The position numbers and the translations under genes are program-made. The notes below the pieces were generated by a model. It was not told where the DNA came from, did not search any database, and was given only the letters and a program-made list of their open reading frames with translations. DNA of 64,000 nt from the human T2T-CHM13v2.0 reference genome, Homo sapiens: NCBI RefSeq assembly GCF_009914755.1, contig NC_060937.1. One strand, written 5' to 3'. Below are positions 17,546 through 30,039 of the stretch, in pieces (position 1 is the stretch's first letter; each line of letters begins with the position of its first letter).

Positions 17546-17939
17546 TGATATGGTTTGGATCTGTGTCCCTGCCCAAATCTAATGTTGAATTATAATCCCC
17601 AGTGTTGGAGGTTGGGCTCGGTGGGAGGTAATTGGATCACAGGGGTGGATTTCCCCCTTTGGTGCTATTCCTCTGATAGAATTCTCATGAGATCTGCTTG
17701 TTTAAAAGTGTATAGCACCTTCTCCTTCTCTCTCTTCCTTCTGCTCTGGTTATGTAAGACGTGTCTGCTTCCCCTTCGCCTTCTGCCATGATTTTAAGTT
17801 TCCTGAGGCCTCACCAGAAGGAGAAGCTGCTATATTTCCTATATAGCCTACAGAACTGTGAGCTACTTAAACCTCTTTTCTTCATAAATTACCCAGTCTC
17901 AGGTATTTCTTTACAGTAGTGCAAGAATGGACTAATACA
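17546..17939 (+). mobile_element. MSTA-like solo LTR (ERVL-MaLR)
   Basis: TGATATGGTTTGGATCTGTGTCCC...GGACTAATACA; 5-bp TSD CATAA/CATAC. Confidence 0.9.
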
Positions 17940-18429
17940 CATACCATGTTCACTGGAAAATAATGTACATTTTTCACTCATTGAACATAGTGTTCTATAA
18001 ATTTAAATTAGGTCAACATGGTTGATAGTGTGTTTCAGACTGTTTCTTTACTAATATGTTTGTCTACTCATTCTCCCTATTAAAAGAGAGATGTTAAAAT
18101 ATTCTAATATGATTGTGAGATTATTTATTCCTATGATTCTGTCAATTTTGCATCATATATTTTAGGCTCTGTTATTGACTAAGTACACATTTGTGAATAT
18201 TATGTTTCTTCAATAATTGAACTCTTTCTCATTATTAAATATCCCTCCTTATTTCTGGTAATGGTACTTGTTTTAAAGCAAACTTTGTCTGATAATAATA
18301 TACATAGCTACTCTGGCATCTTATGCTTATTATTTATATGCTTTTCTATTCATTTATTTTCCACTCATCTGTGTCTATGTTTTTTAGTGCATTTTGTGAA
18401 CACACAACATATAGTTGAGTATTGCTTTC

Positions 18430-18549
18430 TTTTTTGAGACAGGGTCTTGCTATGGTGCCCAGTCTGGCCTCAGACTCCTGGGCTGAGATGAACCTCCTGC
18501 CTCAGCCTCCCAAGTAGCTGGGGTTGTAGGTGCATGCCACTGCACCTAG
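18430..18549 (-). mobile_element. FLAM_A-like Alu monomer
   Basis: Single ~120-nt monomer with CCTCCCAAGTAGCTGGG; TSD TGAGTATTGCTTT / TGGGTATTGCTTT. Confidence 0.85.
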
Positions 18550-19009
18550 TGGGTATTGCTTTTTAATCTGTTTTGATCTCTGCCTTCCAATTAGAATGTT
18601 TAGTTTATTAGTGTTGATTATAATTATTGATGTGATTGGATTTAGCTCTAAAATTTTAATATTTATTTGTTTCTGTGTGTCTACTCTGTTTATTTCTGCT
18701 TTGTGCTCTATTCTCCCTTTCATTCTTTTTTTGAATTATATGAATATTTTTAGAATTTCATTTTAATTTATATATTACATTTTTCCTATGTATTTTTGCA
18801 GCATATTTTTAGTTGTTGTCTAGGGATTATTTTATACATCCTTAAATTTCAGTTTACATAGAGTTAATAGTGTACCACTTTATGTAAAACATAGAAACCT
18901 TGAAACCATATAGATTCATTTGTAGCTTATCAGACAGGGTCTTAGTCACCTTGCGCCATTGCTAGGGACTGCAGTTGAACTCAATCCAAATGCTCAGAAA
19001 TGGGTAACT

Positions 19010-19960
19010 CACCAATTCCTCCAAATTTTCCTCACCTCCAAAATGATTCTATTTTTGTTTACTCCCAGAACACTCACATTGTTGTAACCTCTATTTTGTT
19101 CAGATTTTATAATTGCTATCTGTTAGAGATTCAATTTATGAGGCGTTTACTCCTCCAAACCGGAAGTAGAACTCGAACTAGGAGTAATTTTTCATTCATT
19201 CCTGTCCTTTACCACTCCTCCAGTAACCTTCCCTGTGCCCCTGTATTACATCAGATAGTCCTGTTGGCTCTATCAGTGAAAGATATTCCATTTCTGACCT
19301 CATCTCTTCATTTTCAATGCTATGCACTACCAGTGTCTTCATCCTGGACTTCTACACTATCTTGCTAACCTGCCTTTCAGCTTCCACTTTAACACTACCA
19401 TTGTTTTCCTCACACTGAAGCCAAAGTAAGATAAAGTAAAAATTTAATTTTATTACTACCCCTTCCTTAAAACCTTCAAAGACTCCTTCAAGACCCCAAA
19501 TGAATTTGTCCCTGCCTACCTTTTAGAACACATTTGATCCCCTTATTCACTAGGCTTAAGCCATACTAACATTCTTTCTGTTAAACACACCAGGCTTATA
19601 TCCAACTTAATGCCTTCCCTGCAGGCTGTCTCTACTGTCAGTGCTTTTACCTTTAATCTTTGGGTGGCTGGATCCTTTTCATCATTGAGCTGTCAGCTCA
19701 TATGTCAACTTCTCATAGAGGCTTTCCCCAACCATACTGTATATAATATTTCTAGTCCATCTCTATCTCATGACTAAGCTTTATTCTATTCATAATACTT
19801 AACCTTATCCACAAGTATTTTGTTTACATACTCTGCTTAACTACAGGAGAATGTAAACTCCATGAGGGCAGAGACTTTTTTTTACTCTTGATCAGTGCTG
19901 TATCCTCAGCTCCTAGAAATAGTGCCTGTTATAGAATAGCCATTAAATAGGTATATTTTT
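19010..19960 (+). mobile_element. L2 (L2a-like) 3' region
   Basis: GAATGTAAACTCCATGAGGGCAGAGAC...GCTGTATCCTCAGCTCCTAGAAATAGTGCCTG is a typical L2 3' end. Confidence 0.75.
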
Positions 19961-19968
19961 ATTGAATA

Positions 19969-22544
19969 CACACATACATCAGAGATACTGTGGGTTCAGT
20001 TCCAGACCACTACAATACAGTGAACATCACAATAAAGCAAGTCACATGAATTTTTTGGTTTCCGAGTTTACACTATACAGAAGTCTGTTAAGTGTGCAAT
20101 AGCATTATGTCAAAGAAATGAAAACACTTTAATTTAAAAATACTTTATTGCTAAAATGTTAATGATCATGTGAAACTTCAGCAAGTTATAATCTTTTTGC
20201 TGATGAAGGGTCTTACCTTGATGTTGATGGCTGCTGAAGGTTGGAGTGTCTGTAGCAATCTCTTAAAACAAGAAAACAATGAAGTTTTGCCACATCAGTT
20301 GACTCTTCCCTTCACAAAAGATTACTCAGCAGTATGTGATGCTGTTTGATAGCATTTTCCCATAGAACTTCTTTCAAAATTGGAGTCAGTCCTCTCAAAC
20401 CCTGCAGCTGCTTTATCAATTAAGTTTGTGGAATATTCTGAATGCTTTGTTGTCATTTCAATAATGTTCACAGCATCTTCACCAGGAGGAAATTCCATCT
20501 CAAGAAACCGTTTTCTTTGTTCATAAGAAGCAACTCCTCATCCTCAAAAGTTTTATTATGAGATTGTAACAATTGCTATTGCTATTTCCACTATATCTGC
20601 AGTGATTTCCTCCACTGAAATCTTTAATTCCTGAAAGTCATCCATGAAGGTTGAAATTAGCTTCTCCCAAACTCCTGTTAATGTTGATATTTTGACATCC
20701 TTCCATGAATCACAAATGTTCTTAATGGCATTGAGAATGTTGAATCCTTTCCAGAAGGTTTTTGATTGATTTTGCCCAGATCCATCAGAGAAATCACTAG
20801 CTATAGCATTACAAAATGTGTTTCTTAAATAACAAAATTGAAAGTTGAAATAACTCCTTGATGCATGGGCTACAGAATGGCTGTTGTGTTTGCAGGCATG
20901 AAAACAATATTCATCTCCTTGTACATCTCCAATCAAAGCCCCTCGGTGACCAAGTGCCTTGTCAATGGGCAGTAATATTTTGAAAATCTTTTTTTCTGAG
21001 TAGTAGGTCTCAATAGTGGGCTTAAAATATTCAGCTAACCATGCTGTAAACAAATATGCTGTCACTAGGCTTGATTGTTCCATTTTTAGAGCACAGGCAG
21101 ACTAGATTTAGCATAACACTTAAGGGCCCTAGAATTTTTTGAATGGTCAATGAGCTTTGGCTTCAACTTCAAGTTGTCAGCTGCATTAGCCCCCAGTAAG
21201 AGAGTTAGCATGCCCTTTGAAGCTTTAAAGCCAAGCATTGACTTTTCTCTAGCAATGAAAGTCCTAGGTGACATTTTCTCCCTATATAAGGCTGTTTCAT
21301 CTACATTGAAAATCTGTTGCTTAGTGTAGCCACCTTCATCAGTGATCTTAGCTAGATCATTATATAACTTGCTGCAGCTTCTACATCAGTACTTGCTGCT
21401 TTGCTTCATCTTGCACTTTTACAGTATGGAGATGGCTTCTTTCTTTAAATCTCATGAAATAACCTCTTCTAGCTTCAAACTCTTCTTCTAGGCTTCATGG
21501 AATTGAAGAGATAGGGCTTTGCTCTGGATTAGGCTTTGGCTTAAGGAAATGTTGTGACTGTTGTGATCTATCGAGGCCACTCAAACTTTTTCCATATCAG
21601 CAATAAGGCTATTTTGCTTTTGTATTAGTGTTTTCACACTGTTTTAAAGATAGTGCCAGAGACTGGGTAATTTATTAAAGGAAAGAGGTTTAATTGACTC
21701 ACAGTTTGCATGGCTGGGGAGGCCTGAGAAAACTTACAGTCATGGTGGAAGGGGAAGCAAGCACCTTCTTCACAAGGCAGCAGGAGAGAGAGAAATGAAG
21801 GAGGAACTTCCAAACACTTATAAAACCATCAGGTTTCATGAGAACTCACTTGCTGTCAGGATAACAACATGGGGTAAACTGCACCCATAATCCAGTCATT
21901 ACAGGTCCCTCCCTCGGCACATGGGGATTACAATTGGAGATGAGATTTAAGTGGGAACACAAAGCCAAACCATATAAGCTTTCTTATCATTCATGTGTTC
22001 ACTGGAGAAGAACATTTAATTTCCTTCAAGAACTTTTTCTTTGCATTCACAACTTGGCTAACCATTTGGAGAAAGAGACCTCGCTTTTGGCCTGTTTCAG
22101 CTTTCAACATGTCTTCCTCACTAAGCTTAATCATTTCTGCCTTTTGATTTAAAGTCAAAGACGTGAGCCTCTTCCTTTCTCCTGAACAGTTAGAGGCCAT
22201 TGTAGGGTAATTCATTGGCCTAATGTCAGTACTGTTGTGTCTCAGGGAATAGGGAAGCCCAAAGGGAGGGAGAGGGACAGGGGAACAACCAGTTGGTGTA
22301 GCAGTCAGAAAGCACAATATTTATTGTTTAAATTTACCAACTTATATGGGTGCAGTTTATGGCACCCTAAAACAGTTGTAACATCAAAGGTGATGGCTGA
22401 CAAATAACCATAACATATAATAAGAATGAAAAAGTTTGAAATATCACAAGAATTACTAAAATGTGACAGAGACACAGTGAGCATATGCTGTTGGGACTAT
22501 GTCACGGATAGATTTGCTAGATGCAGGGTTGCCACAACTCTTCA

Positions 22545-22575
<31 letters not shown>

Positions 22576-22624
22576 GTATCTGTGAGTACATTAAAGTAAA
22601 GAGCAATAAAACAAGATATGGCTA
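19969..22624 (-). mobile_element. Near full-length Tigger1 DNA transposon (pogo family), transposase pseudogenised
   Basis: Degenerate TIRs at both ends (TA|CACACATACATCAGAGATACTGTGGGTTC; GCAATAAAACAAGATATGGCTA). ORF remnants at 21991-22317 (CENP-B-like [18 protein letters not shown]), 21086-21274 ([17 protein letters not shown]) and 20556-21083 (DDE region). Confidence 0.93.
21621..21977 (-). mobile_element. THE1 (C/D-like) solo LTR nested in Tigger1
   Basis: TGTATTAGT...AGCCAAACCATATAA, 357 nt; perfect 5-bp TSD GCTTT at 21616-21620 and 21978-21982. Confidence 0.92.
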
Positions 22625-22639
22625 TGCTTAATTTGCCAG

Positions 22640-22780
22640 CTGGACTTGGTATATGATTTATTGAGCCTCCTTTCCTTATCTATGAAATTTGGGTATTAAA
22701 ACATATATCATAGAACTATTGTAAGAATTATATGTTTAAGGGATATAATGTAGTGCCTGGCTCACATTTGTTACTCAGAA
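22640..22780 (+). mobile_element. MIR fragment
   Basis: TGAGCCTCCTTTCCTTATCTATGAAATTTGGGTATTA...TAGTGCCTGGC resembles the MIR core. Confidence 0.55.
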
Positions 22781-23329
22781 AAATTATCTTATTGAGAATC
22801 ACAAAAAAGAAAGGAGACATCTAATATGTCCTACTTTTTCTCAGAGCAAGAAAAATTATATATATTTTTTGAGGATTATACCACAACCTTGAGAGAAAAA
22901 GTGAGAGGAAAGAACCTTAGAGCTCATATTATCCAAGATGATAGAAAAATACTTTAAGCAAGCCTGGGAGCTCTATAAAATCTGATTCAACCCTCCCTCC
23001 CCTTACTGCCTCAATCCACAATGAATTTTATATTATTCCATTTGTAGTCTGGAATTTATAATCTGGAAAGTTCTCTGGAAATGTTGGAATGGGATTCAGA
23101 CTATGGGATGATCAAGGCTATCACAATCTCAAGCAAAATTCATTTATCCATTTGTGGAGCACTCCTATGTTAGGAGAAAAGGAGAAAATCACTGATAAAC
23201 CTTTTTTTTTTAATGGGAGTTGATGGTTTTTAGGCTCATTCTTTTTCAGAGTGGCTGTACTCCGAGGTTAAGTAGCCCTGCTTTCCTCGTCCACATGGCA
23301 CATCCCTCTTTATCATTAAAGGCTCATTT

Positions 23330-23640
23330 CTAACATCATCTGTCTCTTTTTGCCCCAGCAGAATTCATAATTCCTTCACATGTGCCCTCAAAGCACTTTA
23401 TTCAAACATTGATTATATTATATTGTAATTATTTATCTATTTGTTCTCCTTTCCACATTACTGTAAGATTTTAAGTAGAAAATACTCCTTACTAATATTT
23501 ATTGTATTAACTCCTAACACAGTTGCTAGAGCATGGTAGTTCACTCAAAAACAGACGCTGTAGCAAGCACTATTTCTGAGCAATGGGAATAGAGCAATGA
23601 TAAGACAGAAAAGACATCTGCCTTCATGAGCAAGTAGGAG
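23330..23640. mobile_element. L2 fragments (both orientations)
   Basis: CTCCTAACACAGTTGCTAGAGCATGGTAG, then GCAATGGGAATAGAGCAATGATAAGACAG. Confidence 0.4.
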
Positions 23641-25789
23641 GTGGCATGACTGAGCTAACGTGCTTAACATCCCCTGCCTCATAGTAAATGATATTTTTAA
23701 GTGAAGAATCACCATCTCCCTGACAACACATTACAAAGTATAAATCAAAGGGCTATCAATAAGTGTTACTTAAATAAAATAGTGTGTGGTCAAATGAATT
23801 TAGGAAATGTTGAGTACCCAAACAGTAAACAGTTTTGTTTACTTCAGATTTCCACTATTGTGGAAAACTTCACCAGGTTCCCTAAAGTTAGTTAATCAAG
23901 TCTTCCTAAGTGTATTCTAAAACATTTGTTACACCCTCTGTTGCTCTATCTTAAGACATCTGTAAGAGAAAATCTTCTAGCTCTTTTACAAAGGGTCATT
24001 GCCATCTTTAAATAGTTCAGAATCAATAAGATCCGTCTATTGCTTTGAAAAGAATGTGCTTTTAGAGAAGGCAGAGGTCATTTATTATCAGCTAAATGTA
24101 CATCATTTTATGTTCATTATTTATATTTAGAATTAGAAAAAAACTTCCATTAAAGGTTAAATCAATGGATTATGGATTAGTGAGTTGTGAAGTGTGTGCT
24201 GAGTTTTCTAGTCATGATATATGCCATTGTTTTAAATACATAAACCTCCTTTATGTGAAAGAGGAAATAATGAAATTGATTACGAGTGCAGCTGTCCATC
24301 TGTAATTATAGGTTGTGTAACCTGTGTACAAAATCTTGGGTTTTTATTAACATGTTATCGTTATTAATTTTACATGAACTATTTAAATTTTGGATATTGA
24401 GTCAAAATAAGCAAAATTCTGATAATTACCTAAATTGGGGAAATAGTTTAAAACCACTTCAAAAGGTGAACAAGAAAATATTTCAGACATTTTAATATAA
24501 AATTTAAATATAATTGCAATAACAGATATAAATCTCGAAGTAAATACTTAAAAAGTTTAAATTATATAAATACATCTGTTATGCTGATCTTTAGAAAAAT
24601 ATTTTATACCTGAATAGTAAAAATGAGTTCAAAATTAAATGTTATCTTTAAATATCAATTTTAAATAAGTACAAAATCATTTCTGTATTGTGAATGCCAT
24701 TTTTAAAAATATTTATCCACATTAATGAGAATTTGGAAGAAAAAATATAATGAAAGATTGCCATATGGATGCTGAACTAGCAGTTCTTTTTCTTGTTCTT
24801 TTATTATTATAATACTCTTAATGTGGCAAATATAAGTCAGGGAGAGAAAATTACTTTGAGATGGCTTACAGTTTTAAGGACTGACATGTGTAGGAAAAGA
24901 ACCGAACCACACAGTGTGGAGAGTTTGATTGTTTTCTGAATGGGCACAAAAGTGAAAACTTCAGCCAAGTTAAGAGCTTTTGTAAATAGGAAGTTAATTG
25001 TAAAACTAACAAGTACACTTTTTAATTAGTTTAAAAGCAGATGTGTTTGATAACTTTTTGGTGGGATGGAAACATTTTTCTTTGGCATGTCTCATAAATA
25101 TCAGAAAGAATCAAATACAAATAGGCCGGATTGCATTTAATTACTGAGATGATTGCATAGCCTAAAGCAGACTTCACGAAGGCAGACTAAATTGTCACCA
25201 TGTTCTTAATTTACTATGTTGTATTTTCCTTTTTGGGCTAAAAGTGTTATTGGCAAATAATTCCCTCCTACAAAAGAACAATAAGCTTCTTAAAAAGTGA
25301 TGCTTTTAGTTCCATTATCAGTAGTTTCATAACTACTTCCACCTCACTTAGTGGAGAAGCAAAATAGGACATACATGATTTTGTTAAAATCCATAAGCAT
25401 GTTTAACACTTAGGAGCTTTCCTCTGCCTTTGAAGACTATTCTGTGTCATAACTTTGTTTTAAAATTTATGTCTACTTTTATTGCATGAAAAAACTGTGA
25501 GACAGCAATCACATTAACAAATAATAAATAAAAAATTAATTAAAATAAATTACTTAAAATTGTATTTAAATATTTTCTTTGAAATAGTTATTAATGTTAA
25601 TATGATTAATAACAAATATTAATAATAGCTGCCTATTATTTGCAAACACTATTATAAGTACTATAGGGTTGCAAAGCTGCATGAGGTGAATATCCCGATC
25701 TCTTGTTGCTTACAATCTAGTAAGAGTGTCAAGGTATAAATGCATGAGGCATTAAATTAACAGTTGAGATCCAAAAAAAGAACAATACA

Positions 25790-27116
25790 GAAATAACGCC
25801 GCATGTCTACAACTATCTGATCTTTGACAAACCTGAGAAAAACAAGCAATGGGGAAAGGATTCCCTATTTAATAAATGGTGCTGGGAAAACTGGCTAGCC
25901 ATATGTAGAAAGCTGAAACTGGATCCCTTCCTTACACCTTATACAAAAATTAATTCAAGATGGATTAGAGACTTAAACATTAGACCTAAAACCATAAAAT
26001 CCCTAGAAGAAAACCTAGGCATTACCATTCAGGACATAGGCATGGGCAAGGACTTCATGTCTAAAACACCAAAAGCAATGGCAACAAAAGCCAAAATTGA
26101 CAAATGGGATCTAATTAAACTAAAGAGCTTCTGCACAGCAAAAGAAACTACCATCAGAGTGAAAAGGCAACCTACAAAATGGGAGAAAATTTTCGCGACC
26201 TACTCATCTGACAAAGGGCTAATATCCAGAATCTACAAAGAACTCAAACAAATTTACAAGAAAAAAACAACACCATCAAAAAGTGGGCGAAGGACATCAA
26301 CAGACACTTCTCAAAAGAAGACATTTATGCAGCCAAAAACACATGAAAAAATGCTCATCATCACTGGCCATCAGAAATGCAAATCAAAACCACAATGAGA
26401 TACCATCTCACACCAGTTAGAATGGCGATCATTAAATCAAGTCAGGAAACAACAGGTGCTGGAGAGGATGTGGAGAAATAGGAACACTTTTACACTGTTG
26501 GTGGGACTGTAAACTAGTTCAACCATTGTGGAAGTCAGCGTGGCGATTCCTCAGGGATCTAGAACTAGAAATACCATTTGACCCAGCCATCCCATTACTG
26601 GGTATATACCCAAAGGACTATAAATCATGTTGCTATAAAGACACATGCACACGTATGTTTATTGTGGCACTATTCATAATAGCAAAGACTTGGAACCAAC
26701 CCAAATGTCCAACAATGATAGACTGGATTAAGAAAATGTGGCACATATACACCATGGAATACTATGCAGCCATAAAAAAGGATGAGTTCATGTCCTTTGT
26801 AGGGACATGGATGAAATTGGAAACCATCATTCTCAGTAAACTATCACAAGAACAAAAAACCAAACACCGCATATTCTTACTCATAGGTGGGAATTGAACA
26901 ATGAGAACACATGGACACAGGAAGGGGAACATCACACTCTGGGGACTGTTGTGGGGTGGGGGGAGGGGGGAGGGATAGCTTTAGGAGATATACCTAATGC
27001 TAAATGACGAGTTAATGGGTGCAGCACACCAGCATGGCACATGTATACATATGTAACTAACCTGCACATTGTGCACATGTACCCTAAAACTTAAAGTATA
27101 ATAATAATAAAATTTA
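25790..27116 (+). mobile_element. 5'-truncated L1PA2/3 (ORF2 C-terminus + 3'UTR), copy C
   Basis: ORF2 peptides at 26042-26897. 3'UTR has GACGAGTT (not the Ta ACA allele). 17-bp TSD AAAAAAAGAACAATACA at 25773-25789 and 27117-27133. Confidence 0.97.
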
Positions 27117-27559
27117 AAAAAAAGAACAATACAATGATTAATTGCCAAATTTACAAGCAAGAGTATTTTAGAGAGAGGAATGTCATGTGATACGAAATAA
27201 ATATTAGAAACATAGCAAAGAAGAATACACAATTAATTGCCAATTCGATAAGCATTAAAATTTTAATGAGAAGAATAGCATAGAACTTGGAATGAACACG
27301 ATTGGAGGAAACAGTCAGAAGGGAGTAAAGATTCTAAATAATGCAGTAAGAGAGATGATACTGGAAAGGGCACACTCTGTGGACCCTGAGAAGCAGCATA
27401 GGAAATTTACTTCAATATTTCTGTCATTTCAGTAAGTATTGCATTAAAAATTGTTATGTTTGAAAAGAAACAAATCTGGATTTTTTGAAAACATATTGTT
27501 GTAGAAATAGAAATGCAAAAATACATGCACTTTAGTCTGTGTAACAGTTGATGTAATTA

Positions 27560-27860
27560 CTATTTATTGGTGGACTCATGGCAGGCACTAGGAAAAGAAC
27601 ATTATAAGAACTGTTACATCCATATGAATGAGAAACGAATACTCAGAGAAGCTGTCATTTACCTAGTAGGTGGCAGGGCTGGGATTTGAACCCATATCTT
27701 AGTAGACTGTCTCATGCTGCTGCTGCTGCTACTGCTGCTTTCTTATATGTGCTAGGCACTGGGCTAAACACTTTACATATATTCCTTCTATCAGTTTTAC
27801 AAAATCGATTTAATTTATCCCAATTTTGTGAATGAAAGAACTGAGGTTTAGATAATTGCA
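27560..27860 (-). mobile_element. Two MIR fragments with a short (CTG)n between them
   Basis: GGTGGCAGGGCTGGGATTTGAACCC and ATGTGCTAGGCACTGGGCTAAACACTTTACAT. Confidence 0.6.
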
Positions 27861-28650
27861 GTAGTAAAAATCATGAACTTAATAATTTTAATACCAGGCT
27901 TGTAAATGTGACATAGCTAATAAGACATCTTTAATATAAAATATTTTATGAGATTTAAAAAACATTGATTTTGCTGTGATAGACGTAGTTTCAAAAACAA
28001 TTGACAATTGTACAATTTAGCATTTAAGGATATTCCTCAAAGTAAGTCCTTTTCTGTGGGATTTCTAACAGTAATCAAATGTTGAAGTCTTATGGGGAAG
28101 AATTTTTAATTATAATTTCTAAAAATAATTGAATAAGCCTATTCCATATAGCAGTAATTATTAAGATGAAAGAATGCCTACTTTCTTCCAAGTGTGGTAA
28201 TTGCTCAGTAGAATTAGTTATTTCACAAGTAATTTTACAGTTTTGTTAATTAAGATTAAAGTAATTATCTTGGCCCTAAGATTGCTTTAAATTGAGAGTC
28301 TAGCTCTACTGGCAGAAAAGAAAAAGAGTGTATAAGAGCTCTAAAAAGGTTTGTATGCTATTCCTGCCCCCGCCATCTCCAGAAAAAAAAGGCTGAGTCA
28401 GAAAAAGAGCTTGTTAAAGACGCGAAGAGTGAAAATGCAATTCCACATTTGTGGTAATAGAGAGCTTATTGAATAAAGCTAAAAACAAATCATTTCTCTC
28501 TTTTTACTCTCCAGCCCTGCCTTCTTGTTTAATATTTGGAGTCACTTTTTTCCTTCATGTTAATAAAGTGAAAAAATATACTCATTATACTAAATTTTTC
28601 CTCAATGGCTTCACCTTTAAAACCTTCCATTGACCTCAGCCAAATCTTTT

Positions 28651-28966
28651 TTTTTTTTTTTTCATTTATTTCAATAGGTTTTGGGGGGAAAAGATGGTGT
28701 TTGGTTACATGAATAAGTTCTTTAGTGGTGATTTTCGAGATTTTGGTGTACCCATCACCGGAGCAGTGTACACTGTACCCAATTTGTAGCGTTTTATCCC
28801 TCATCCCCTCCCACCCTTTCTTTGAGTCCCCAAGTCCATTGTATCATTCTTATGCCTTTGCATCCTCATAGCTCGTCTCCCACTTACGAGTGAGAACATA
28901 TGAGGTTTGGTTTTCCATTCCTGAGTTACTTCACTTAGAATAATGGTCTCCAATTCCATCCGGGTT
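28651..28966 (-). mobile_element. L1PB1-like 3' end
   Basis: TTTGGTTACATGAATAAGTTCTTTAGTGGTGATTT; TSD TCAGCCAAATCTTTT / TCAGTCAAATCTTTT. Confidence 0.88.
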
Positions 28967-29275
28967 TCAGTCAAATCTTTTATGTAGGATCACACCTGGT
29001 GACCTTTAAGAAATTGAACCATCACAAGAAATCAGTTGGCAGTGTTCTACTGGGGTGGCTCTTCCTCTTTAGTCATAGATTAAGGAAAGCTCAAGAACCA
29101 CAACTCTACTGCTCTGTCTGAACACTCAATTGTTAATTTTGTTCCTCTTCTTTTAGCTGAAATTCAGATTTTATAAATATTGTGAATAAATATTTTGTGA
29201 GAGTTGAGCTCAATTTCCTGGACAACACACTTAAAATACTTGCTCTTATGTCTTACAGTTGCATACAGAACCTGA

Positions 29276-29644
<369 letters not shown>

Positions 29645-30039
29645 TGAAATTATCCCTTAAAGACTATAAAACCACTTTATTCCTTCAGATACCAGAAAAT
29701 TAGGCTTATAGGGAATGATAACCAAGAGACAAAAAGCAACAGCTAAATTTTTTTTGTTCTTAAAAAAACTGCTTTTCCTGAAGAAAGTAAAATAAAATAA
29801 AGCCCAGATTAAAGAATCAAATATAAAGACATCTAATACTCTTATCAGAAGACCTTTCTGCATCATTTCAAAAAAAAAAAAAAGGCTGTAAGCCTCTGAT
29901 AAGATTATTTTAAGGACAGAATGAAGATTTCCTCTTGAATGATTTGCTCTGCCCTTTATCAAAAAGACATGTGTCTGTCCACCTTAACATTTCTGGTATA
30001 AATATACCTTGTCCTTTAAAAATTACTGCATAACATTAA

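Larger units (their letters stand above)
17100..18930 (-). mobile_element. Old L1M ORF2 (endonuclease region) remnant hosting MSTA and FLAM
   Basis: Antisense L1-like AAAGCTGTAAGTTTCCTTCTACACACTGCCTTAACTGCATCCCACAATTTT; continuous across both inserts. Confidence 0.7.

Noticed and set aside
20556-22317. Domesticated TIGD/CENP-B-like gene
   Set aside because: The transposase is split across frames and interrupted by a THE1 LTR.
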